Origin: Clostridia bacterium
Lineage (GTDB): Bacteria; Bacillota; Clostridia; Christensenellales; Borkfalkiaceae
Direction: 5' to 3'
DNA length: 64,000 nt
NCBI GenBank assembly: GCA_900769565.1
Contig: CAAGHC010000003.1
Span: 20,949 to 84,948 of the forward strand
Of this stretch, positions 27,542 through 34,809 are shown in pieces. Both the position numbers and the translations under genes were made by a program. A model generated the notes under the pieces. That model worked only from the letters and a program-made list of their open reading frames with translations, had not been told where the DNA came from and searched no databases. Each line of letters begins with the position of its first letter. Position 1 is the first letter of the stretch.

Positions 27542-27571
27542 TTATAGTCCGCAGACGATTAAATCGTCAGC
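27542..27571. promoter_or_regulatory. operator: second copy of TTATAGTCCGCAGACGAT overlapping a 21-bp near-perfect palindrome
   Basis: The palindrome is GCAGACGATT-A-AATCGTCAGC. It sits in the divergent XRE/XRE intergenic region. Confidence 0.55.
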
Positions 27572-27619
27572 CGTAGATTTCAATAATCGTCTGGAAATGA
27601 TAAACTATAACTGATAATT

Positions 27620-27629
27620 TCGTCTGCGG
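27620..27629. promoter_or_regulatory. inverted copy of the operator core (TCGTCTGCGG)
   Basis: Reverse complement of CCGCAGACGA, about 20 nt upstream of the second XRE gene's start. Confidence 0.45.
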
Positions 27630-27648
27630 TTTATGGAGGTGCGCCACA

Positions 27649-28008
27649 ATGGATGAGAACACATTAGAATATAAAGTCGGTCAGCGAATAAGGGCTGCAC
27701 GTCAAGCGAAGAAAATGAGCCAAGCGGATTTGGCTTTTGAAGCCCATGTGTCCTTGCCGCACATCAGTGATATTGAGCTTGGAAAGAAGGAAATGCTCCT
27801 TACAACCTTCTGTAAAGTCATAGAAGCGTTGCAGGTGTCAGCGGACGAAATCCTACGCCCTGATGTCCCCGAGGTGAACCGAATTTACCAGAAAGAATTT
27901 GCTGAATTACTCGGTGATTGCACACCAACGGAAATCGAGGCAATTCTTAAAATTGTGCGTGAGTTGAAGATAACAATGCACACCAAAAAAGATGAATACG
28001 ATGACTAA
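27649..28008 (+). CDS. XRE family HTH transcriptional regulator
   Basis: 119 aa; VGQRIRAARQAKKMSQADLAFEAHVSLPHISDIELG. RBS is ggaggtg. Confidence 0.85.
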   Translation: MDENTLEYKVGQRIRAARQAKKMSQADLAFEAHVSLPHISDIELGKKEMLLTTFCKVIEALQVSADEILRPDVPEVNRIYQKEFAELLGDCTPTEIEAILKIVRELKITMHTKKDEYDD

Positions 28009-28159
28009 TTGAGTGGGTTTGCGCCCACTCTTTTTTTATTTCCTCCAATAATTTTTTGCGTTTCAATAACTGGCGGTTAAAATGTTGACCGACAGTTATT
28101 CGCATTTTGTCGAAAAAGCGGTTATAATGTCATCAACTATTACTATGGAGGCAAATATT

Positions 28160-28768
28160 ATGAGTACTGAAGTTGAGGTATATGAACGCTTGGCGCAAAT
28201 CGGTGAGGCGCAGAAATACTCCACTTTCTTTGGCGAAAACTCCGAGCAGGCACAGAAGTTAGCCGAGCATAAGGCTTGGCTTCAGAACATTCGGCACGAA
28301 CGCCCCAATACGGCGCACCATTACCGAGTGGGCATATATATCCGTTACTACAATCAAACGAAATACGATAATTACCTTGAAAAGCACCTTCAGGAATTCA
28401 ATGACACGATGGCGCTTTGCCCCAATTGGGAGCTTGTGGATTTCTATATTGACGAGGGTGCTACTGCACCGAATATGGAGAGCGCCAAGGAATGGAGTCG
28501 GCTTTTGCAGGATTGCTTGGACGGAAAGATTGACCTCATCATCACTCAAAAAGTTAAAAACGTATCGAAAAAGCCACACGAAATTACATATCTTGCAAGA
28601 ATTCTCTCTCATATGAATCCGCCCGTTGGTATGTACTTTATCTCCGAGGACATTTTCACGCTTGCGTCCTACTATCAAAGCGACCGCATGGACGAGTTCT
28701 TCCTGCCGTCCCCCGATTGGAAACTGCTGCCCGACGATTTGGATGAAGGAGGCAATCCCGATGATTGA
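28160..28768 (+). CDS. resolvase-domain paralog lacking the catalytic serine
   Basis: Aligns with the next gene's product (VGIYIRYYNQTKYD vs VGIYVRVSTDDVRQ; IDLIITQKVKNVSKK vs ITLIITKSVSRFAR), but Ser and Arg are replaced. ATG with a ggagg RBS; the stop overlaps the next start (ATGA). Confidence 0.65.
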   Translation: MSTEVEVYERLAQIGEAQKYSTFFGENSEQAQKLAEHKAWLQNIRHERPNTAHHYRVGIYIRYYNQTKYDNYLEKHLQEFNDTMALCPNWELVDFYIDEGATAPNMESAKEWSRLLQDCLDGKIDLIITQKVKNVSKKPHEITYLARILSHMNPPVGMYFISEDIFTLASYYQSDRMDEFFLPSPDWKLLPDDLDEGGNPDD

Positions 28769-29560
28769 CGAAGCAAGACGTAACTCCCGCCAAGAGGAAA
28801 AAGAAAATGTCCGCCGACGTATCCGTGTGGAAATCAACCCCGATAATTATGAGTATTTTCCCGAGAAGAAAAAGACGGATTATTATGACACAAGCACTCC
28901 ACAGCTTGTCGGCATTTATGTGCGTGTTTCAACCGATGACGTAAGGCAGACCACCTCTTTCGAGTTGCAGAAAAAATACTATGAGGAGTTCGTTCAAAAG
29001 CACCCCAACTGGACTCTCGTCAAAATATACGCAGACGAAGGCATCAGCGGTACTTCCACCAAAAAGCGTGATGCGTTCAATCAGATGATTGCCGATGCAA
29101 AGGCGGGAAAAATTACGCTTATAATCACGAAAAGCGTGTCCCGTTTTGCAAGAAACGTATTAGACTTCATAGGCATCGTCCGCAACCTTGCAGAACGCAA
29201 GCCCGCTGTCGGCGTTTTCTTTGAATCGGAGGCAATCTTCTCGCTCAACGATGACTCGCAGATGGCATTGACCTTTCAAGCCACAATGGCAGATGAAGAA
29301 TCGCATACCCGTAGCCGTAGTATGGAAACATCCCTGCGTATGCGCCTTGACCACGGCTTACCCTTGACCCCGAAACTGCTCGGCTATAGCCACGATGCAA
29401 GAGGTAAACTTATCATCAATCCCGATGAAGCCCCCACTGTAAAGTTGGCGTTTTATATGTATCTTTTCGGCTACTCTTCGGGACAAATCGCAAAAGCGTT
29501 CATTGCCCTTGAGCGTAAGTCCTACCTTGGCAATACCACGAAATGGACGTCTATGGGTGT
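28761..29560 (+). pseudogene. large serine recombinase, truncated after about 265 codons
   Basis: Intact catalytic domain (YVRVSTDDVRQTTSFELQ, SRFARN) and the start of the recombinase domain (LLGYSHDARGKLIINPDEAPTVKLAF...KWTS). The frame then runs into AT-rich antisense DNA. The zinc-ribbon and coiled-coil parts are missing. Confidence 0.7.
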
Positions 29561-29750
29561 ATTCAACACCGTATTCAAAGTAAAGTCCATTTTCATCTTC
29601 ATAAAGGTCGTAATCTGTAACCGTTATCTTTCCACGATTGGTTATAACAACAGTTATTTTGTTATTTTCTTTATCAAGAAAGTAAATATTGAAAGTGATA
29701 AATTCTTCACCATCAAAGTGTTGAAATTCTTTTAAGTAGCATTTATTCAT
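29358..29750 (-). CDS. hypothetical small protein; only the first ~65 codons look genuine
   Basis: Low-GC ORF whose 3' half is antisense read-through into the recombinase remnant. Confidence 0.3.
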   Translation of the reverse strand: MNKCYLKEFQHFDGEEFITFNIYFLDKENNKITVVITNRGKITVTDYDLYEDENGLYFEYGVEYTHRRPFRGIAKVGLTLKGNERFCDLSRRVAEKIHIKRQLYSGGFIGIDDKFTSCIVAIAEQFRGQG

Positions 29751-29762
29751 AATTTTTCCTTC

Positions 29763-30062
29763 TTATTTGTCTGCTAATTTGTACCAGATGTTGTATTCTA
29801 ATTCAATTTCTCTTGTTTCATAAGAGCCGTTCTTTTCAAATTCAACTTCACGGTATTCTGTTATAGAACCTTTATATTCATTTGTTCTTGTATGGATAGG
29901 ATGCAATTCTTTCATACAATCTTCAAATACACGAATATACGGTTTTCCGTTTTTTCCTACACAGGCGATTATCAAATCTTTATCGGTTATATAACCAATA
30001 CCTGTAATCTTGGTAAAATCACTTTTACCACTTCTTGTTACTGAGTAAACTACTTTTTTCAT
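29763..30062 (-). CDS. hypothetical small protein (~99 aa)
   Basis: Internal start MKKVVYSV preceded by caggaggt; the listed ORF extends to 30128. No recognisable family. Confidence 0.4.
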   Translation of the reverse strand: MKKVVYSVTRSGKSDFTKITGIGYITDKDLIIACVGKNGKPYIRVFEDCMKELHPIHTRTNEYKGSITEYREVEFEKNGSYETREIELEYNIWYKLADK

Positions 30063-30475
30063 CTTTTGGATACCTCCTGAATTTTTTATTAGCCTTTCGG
30101 CAGGGGCTAAGAACCACTGAAAAAACACTAATCTTTTTGCTTGTTGTATCGTTTCTCAGCACGTCAAGGATATAGGATAAAATTATTGCGTAAATAAAAA
30201 AAGAGCCAAACTCAAATAGAGTCTGACCCTTGTATAATATATTAAGTTCTAAGCGATAATTTTAGCCCATTGACTTGCTGTTTTTTCTGTGGTACAACGA
30301 CACCACGAAAGGCAAAAAATTCAGAATTTATATTTTTAATTTATAAAAAAGTTGCAAATAAAGAAGGGGCCTACAAGAAGTCTTGTAAGCCCTTAAACGG
30401 TTATTTTTTCTTTTTAATGAAATCGCCGTGTTCATTTCTTGGTATGAACTTCCAGTGCGTATTTTCGGCTTTAGG

Positions 30476-30604
30476 ACGTTCAAAATCAAAGATAATGCCT
30501 GCATTTCCTTTAACAAATATATATTTAAGTATCGTAATAGAAAAAACAGTCGCATCTGAACTAAGGTTCAAACGCGACTGCATTTGGCGGAGAAAGAGGG
30601 ATTT
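30476..30604 (-). repeat. direct repeat copy B (3' end of the intact tRNA-Ser plus its downstream region)
   Basis: See copy A at 21614-21736. Confidence 0.8.
30541..30580 (-). terminator. terminator of tRNA-Ser
   Basis: CAGTCGC...GCGACTG hairpin followed by TTTTTT on the minus strand. Confidence 0.6.
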
Positions 30605-30676
30605 GAACCCTCGCTGCGCTTATCACACACTACTCCCTTAGCAGGGGAGCCCCTTCGGCCTCTTGGGTATTTCTCC
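30585..30676 (-). tRNA. tRNA-Ser (anticodon GCU)
   Basis: 92-nt reverse-complement cloverleaf: acceptor GGAGAAA/TTTCTCC, anticodon arm CTCCC-CTGCTAA-GGGAG, long variable arm, T arm GAGGG-TTCAAAT-CCCTC, encoded CCA. Confidence 0.92.
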
Positions 30677-30711
30677 ATAGCCGAATTACTTTCTTTTTTT
30701 ATTGCTATGAT

Positions 30712-30740
30712 ATGTTACCACAAAAAAACCGATTTGTCAA
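30712..30740 (-). promoter_or_regulatory. sigma-70-type promoter for tRNA-Ser
   Basis: TTGACA, 17-nt spacer, TAACAT, ending about 35 nt upstream of the mature tRNA 5' end. Confidence 0.5.
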
Positions 30741-30766
30741 AGTTTTTTTTGTATTTTATTATTTTT

Positions 30767-31666
30767 TCATTCAATATTTATCGTTTGTCCCTCACTTGCT
30801 CTTTCGTCAGGGGTTTCTAATGGCCGAATTGCCGTGCCAAGTACCGTCAATCCCCTAGTTGCGCCATATTTGTCCGTTCTGATTTTCTCCGTACTAATCG
30901 TCCTACCGTTTTTACTCCTTACCAAATACCCTTCGCTTTTATACCCTGCTCGCCCGTATCTTACCACAAGTCTTTCACCTTGATAAAGGTCTGGATATTC
31001 GCTAGCAGAATCTAAAATCTCTTCTTCGGGAAGTGCTGGTATTTCTTCGGTAATAACGCTATGCCTAGTTATTACTTCTTCCATAGGCTCTCCGTAAATT
31101 TCTATATTAAGTCTCGTACCGTCGGCAATTGCACGCAAAATTATAGGATTATGGGTATCGTTTACAAATCGCAAGTCGGCAGAGCCAGAATTTACCATAG
31201 CGTCAAAGGACGGATTTACGTAATGAACGGGCAAGGAATGTGGATGAAACTCTGTAATTTTAAGGCCAGCCAGTAAAACGGCGTTATATAGGGTTGTGGA
31301 CACTTGACAAACCCCACCGCCTACCCCGTCGACGAACTCACCACCTACGATAATTTTCGCCTTTTTATAGCCACGTTTTTCCGTACGCACACCAACCGTT
31401 TTATTAAAGGAAAATTCCCCACCTACGTCTATAAAAGTATTATTAATTGCGCTTACGGCAAGCGCTATGTTAGACTTTCTTTCTACAGTAGAAGTTGCAT
31501 AGGAAGTAAAAAACTTACTACGAAGAACTATGTCGCACGGCTTAAGGTCGTAAAAAGGCATGGAACTGTTAGCGCTAACGACAGTTCCACCATTAAAGCA
31601 AGTAAACGACGATAAAAACGTGCAAATTGCAAGAATATAAAATAAAAATTTCCTTAACGCATACAT
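30767..31666 (-). CDS. VanW family protein
   Basis: GGEFSFNKTVG...GGGVCQVSTTLYNA...HPHS...DAMV motifs of the VanW domain, with an N-terminal signal/anchor. Confidence 0.8.
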   Translation of the reverse strand: MYALRKFLFYILAICTFLSSFTCFNGGTVVSANSSMPFYDLKPCDIVLRSKFFTSYATSTVERKSNIALAVSAINNTFIDVGGEFSFNKTVGVRTEKRGYKKAKIIVGGEFVDGVGGGVCQVSTTLYNAVLLAGLKITEFHPHSLPVHYVNPSFDAMVNSGSADLRFVNDTHNPIILRAIADGTRLNIEIYGEPMEEVITRHSVITEEIPALPEEEILDSASEYPDLYQGERLVVRYGRAGYKSEGYLVRSKNGRTISTEKIRTDKYGATRGLTVLGTAIRPLETPDERASEGQTINIE

Positions 31667-31818
31667 ATTTAAATAAGCCCGAATATAATATGTGTATTAG
31701 TTAAAAAAACATTCTTGTTTTAGACTTGAATTTTCTCTTTTAGTATTGACAAAGCAAATTTAATTTGCTATAATTTACAAAAATAATCGCTTAAATGCGC
31801 AGAAAAAGGAGAAACACT

Positions 31819-32277
31819 ATGAACAAATTTGCAAAAATCTTAACTTCTATTCTTTTAGTAGTCGTACTCGCTTTGACGTTGACGGGTTGCTCGTCTTATG
31901 GCAAAGTAGAAAAAGCGCTTGAAAATATCGGCTATACGGCTATTGAATCTAGTGACGACGCTGACAAAATCAAAGGCGAAAGTGAAATTGCCGTTACCGT
32001 ACACGCTTTAACTAACAAAGACAGCCTTTCTATAACCGAAGTTGGTAAAATCAACGTCGTTGTTGTTCTTGAATTCAAGGAAACTAAAGAAATGAAAGAT
32101 TTCTATGAAGATAGCGACACCCTAAAAGGTCTTGTTAAAGACATTAAGGACGACGGCACTGCTGAAGACTTCTACAACAAACTCGTTGAAAAAGGCTTTG
32201 CAAAAGGTAATTGCTTAATCATTTCCATTAATCCTATTGCAACTAGCGACGTTTGTGACGCTATTAAGAACGCTTAA
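31819..32277 (+). CDS. lipoprotein of unknown function
   Basis: Start at the ATG after aaaggaga. Lipobox LTLTGCSS. Confidence 0.6.
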   Translation: MNKFAKILTSILLVVVLALTLTGCSSYGKVEKALENIGYTAIESSDDADKIKGESEIAVTVHALTNKDSLSITEVGKINVVVVLEFKETKEMKDFYEDSDTLKGLVKDIKDDGTAEDFYNKLVEKGFAKGNCLIISINPIATSDVCDAIKNA

Positions 32278-32293
32278 TAAATTTAAAACTTAA

Positions 32294-32320
32294 AGGGCTG
32301 AAAATTCAGCCCTTTTTTGT
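32294..32320. terminator. bidirectional terminator
   Basis: GGGCTGAA-aa-TTCAGCCC flanked by A- and T-runs. Confidence 0.7.
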
Positions 32321-32352
32321 TTTGCTTGTTTTTGATTTTAAATCTTTTTAGC

Positions 32353-33630
32353 CTAGTCGTTACAATAAAAATTCGTTGACGGTGCGGCGTCAGGCTTTCT
32401 TCCAACCGAAGTGTTATCCTGCCTACGATTACGAAGTTCAGGTATGGGATTTGGCGCAATTTCAAACCGATAGTCAGCCCCCCTATGCCTTATTGCCTTT
32501 TCAATAACGTTATGCGACGGAACTATTTCGGTAGTTGGATTGATTTGGTTTTGGAAACGGTAAAAATCGGCATCTTTAGGCAGTTTACCAACCTTTTCGT
32601 AGTTTTCTTTTACCGAAGTGAACTGCACGGTTTCAGCCAAAATCTTGCGAACGTAATCAATGTTTTCATGCAAACAAATAGGTGCGGGGAATTCACCGTC
32701 TTTGATAACTTCTTGCCATTCTTTGCCTTCGTACTTTTTAAGAAGTTCAACTGCTTTATGAAGATGTCCGATTTCAAAGGATAAGTTTTCTTCCCAAAGA
32801 TTTTTAACGTACGGGTCGGTTTCCGTCATGTAGCACGACCAGTATAAGTAACATTCACAGTATTCATGCCACAATAACATTTCTAACCACGTAGCGTTTG
32901 CATCCATGAGCGACTCGTACTGGGTAACGTGTTCTTCTTCAACTAATGCAATTTCTTGATATAATCTACGACCGATATCAGAAACGGCAAAGTTGGTAAC
33001 GTTCATATAGTAGTTCATAGTCTGTTGCTCTGCGGCAGTTATAATCATGGTATTAAGCACGGTTTGAACGTCTGCCGTTTTTGCATTGATTGTTTTTTTA
33101 ACGTTGTCAAACGGGTATCTATGATGGCTTATCGTGGGTCTACCCGGCATAATCTCGGTATATCTTCCAACAAGCCACTCGGCGTACACGCCTTGCTCCA
33201 TCTCTAATAAGTTAGCATACCTATATAAATGGTCAAAGTCTTCTAAAAGTGCAAAATCTAAAGCGTTTTTAACCTTACAATCAAGTTCTCGTTTGGCAAG
33301 TTCTGCCGTTAAATCCACAGCCAACTGTTCATAGGAAATTGTGTGTTCTAATATGCTTTCGTTAACAGGTTTTAGCAAGGAAATTTTTAATTGTTGCTGT
33401 TTTTCTACGTATCTAGTAAGCGCTATCTCTCTGCGCAAGTCGTTATCGCTCGTATGTCTTGCTAGTTGATGGGAAAACCAGTTTGCCTCAAACTCCGTAC
33501 CATTCATTAAAATAATACGAGTTTTTGTGTAAGGGTCAACTTCTCGTTTATCATAAGACTTGGGGTAAACTTGTTGCCAGTTTTGTATCATTTTATCTAT
33601 CGGGCGTGATTTTTCGTTAAAAGGATTCAT
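32353..33630 (-). CDS. ferritin-like (di-iron four-helix bundle) protein
   Basis: Two E...ExxH-type motifs (LLEDFDHLYRY / VEEEHVTQYE / FEIGHLHK). Start placed at the ATG after ggagtg; the ORF extends to 33657. Confidence 0.45.
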   Translation of the reverse strand: MNPFNEKSRPIDKMIQNWQQVYPKSYDKREVDPYTKTRIILMNGTEFEANWFSHQLARHTSDNDLRREIALTRYVEKQQQLKISLLKPVNESILEHTISYEQLAVDLTAELAKRELDCKVKNALDFALLEDFDHLYRYANLLEMEQGVYAEWLVGRYTEIMPGRPTISHHRYPFDNVKKTINAKTADVQTVLNTMIITAAEQQTMNYYMNVTNFAVSDIGRRLYQEIALVEEEHVTQYESLMDANATWLEMLLWHEYCECYLYWSCYMTETDPYVKNLWEENLSFEIGHLHKAVELLKKYEGKEWQEVIKDGEFPAPICLHENIDYVRKILAETVQFTSVKENYEKVGKLPKDADFYRFQNQINPTTEIVPSHNVIEKAIRHRGADYRFEIAPNPIPELRNRRQDNTSVGRKPDAAPSTNFYCND

Positions 33631-33807
33631 AAAATTCACTCCTAAACATATTCTCAATGTTTACAATATGATTTAAAACGAGTAATTGTTATTGTGATTG
33701 ATTTATCCTATAAAAGTTTCTTTTGAATTTTTTATTCCAAAATAACAAATACTTGCTTTGATAAAATAATCGTGATATAATTGTAAAACAACTACATATT
33801 AAGGACG

Positions 33808-34740
33808 GTGCATATGAACATACTACACATGAAATACGCAGTAGAAATTGCCAACACTCGCTCGATTAGTAAGGCTGCGGAAAACTTGTACACTTCCCAA
33901 CCCAACATAAGCCGTGCTATTAAATCGCTTGAAAACGACCTTAAAATCAAGATTTTTAAGCGCTCGTCAAAAGGCATTGAAATCACCATTGACGGTGAAG
34001 AATTTTTACTGTACGCTAAAACCGCTTTAGCCCAGATTAAAAAAATTGAATCAATTTACGAAAATCGCAACGAAAAGAAACTTCGTCTTTCTGTCTGCGT
34101 ACCGAGAGCAAGTTATTTTTCTTACGCTTTTGCAGATTTTTCTAAAGGTTTAGACGCAAATGCGTCCGCCGAAATTGTTTATAAAGAAACTAATTCCATG
34201 CGCTCGATTATCAACGTTGTAAAAGAAGAATACGACCTTGGTATAGTAAGATATCAAAGCGCTTTCGATAAATATTTTAATTCACTCTTTGAAGAAAAGA
34301 AACTTTCCTACGAAGTGCTAAACGAGTTTCGATACGTTATGGCGGTATCAAAAAATAATCCGCTTGCTAAAAAAGAAAAAGTTAGCGCAGAAGACCTTCA
34401 AAACTGCATAGAAATCACTCACGGTGACCCGTACGTACCAAGTTTGCCCTTGATTGACGTAAAGCGTGCTGAACTTTCGGAATTTGCTAAAAAGCGCATT
34501 AGCGTTTTTGAACGTGGCGTTCAATTTACACTTTTAGAACAAGTGCCAAATACTTTTATGTGGGTTTCGCCTATCCCTAAAGATTTGCTCGATAAATTTA
34601 ATCTTGTAGAAATCAAATGCGACTTTAACACCAAAACTTATAAGGACGTTTTAATTCACAGAAAGAAGTATCACTTAACCAAACTAGACAACGAATTTAT
34701 TAAAAAAATCGTTGAATCTAAAAACAAATACTTTATTTAA
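33808..34740 (+). CDS. LysR family transcriptional regulator
   Basis: N-terminal HTH (LHMKYAVEIANTRSISKAAENLYTSQPNISRAIKSLE) plus a substrate-binding domain. Confidence 0.85.
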   Translation: MHMNILHMKYAVEIANTRSISKAAENLYTSQPNISRAIKSLENDLKIKIFKRSSKGIEITIDGEEFLLYAKTALAQIKKIESIYENRNEKKLRLSVCVPRASYFSYAFADFSKGLDANASAEIVYKETNSMRSIINVVKEEYDLGIVRYQSAFDKYFNSLFEEKKLSYEVLNEFRYVMAVSKNNPLAKKEKVSAEDLQNCIEITHGDPYVPSLPLIDVKRAELSEFAKKRISVFERGVQFTLLEQVPNTFMWVSPIPKDLLDKFNLVEIKCDFNTKTYKDVLIHRKKYHLTKLDNEFIKKIVESKNKYFI

Positions 34741-34751
34741 TTTAGGTAAAC

Positions 34752-34790
34752 TAAAAAGCCATTCGCTTATAAAACGAATGGCTTTTTTAT
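34752..34790. terminator. bidirectional terminator
   Basis: AGCCATTCG...CGAATGGCT followed by TTTTTT. Confidence 0.7.
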
Positions 34791-34809
34791 TATTCAATTT
34801 AACTATTCA

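Larger units (their letters stand above)
21717..30604. mobile_element. integrated genomic islet at tRNA-Ser (probably immobilised)
   Basis: Bracketed by the tRNA-Ser 3'-end direct repeats. The interior is visibly more GC-rich than its surroundings and carries serine recombinase genes (one dead, one truncated) and a divergent XRE switch. Confidence 0.55.

Noticed and set aside
28626-28760. N-terminal 45 codons of the listed 28626-29735 ORF
   Set aside because: This is an upstream extension in the recombinase frame that overlaps the previous gene. The ATG at 28761 has a gaaggagg RBS and gives a normal recombinase N-terminus.
28259-28837. 192-aa minus-strand ORF, and the 28377-28616 plus-strand ORF, over the resolvase-like genes
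   Set aside because: The plus-strand frames carrying the resolvase homology explain the region. These are alternative-frame artefacts in GC-richer DNA.
30270-30641. 123-aa plus-strand ORF, together with the 30584-30820 ORF
   Set aside because: They run through the tRNA-Ser gene and its terminator on the wrong strand, have low-complexity translations and lack an RBS.
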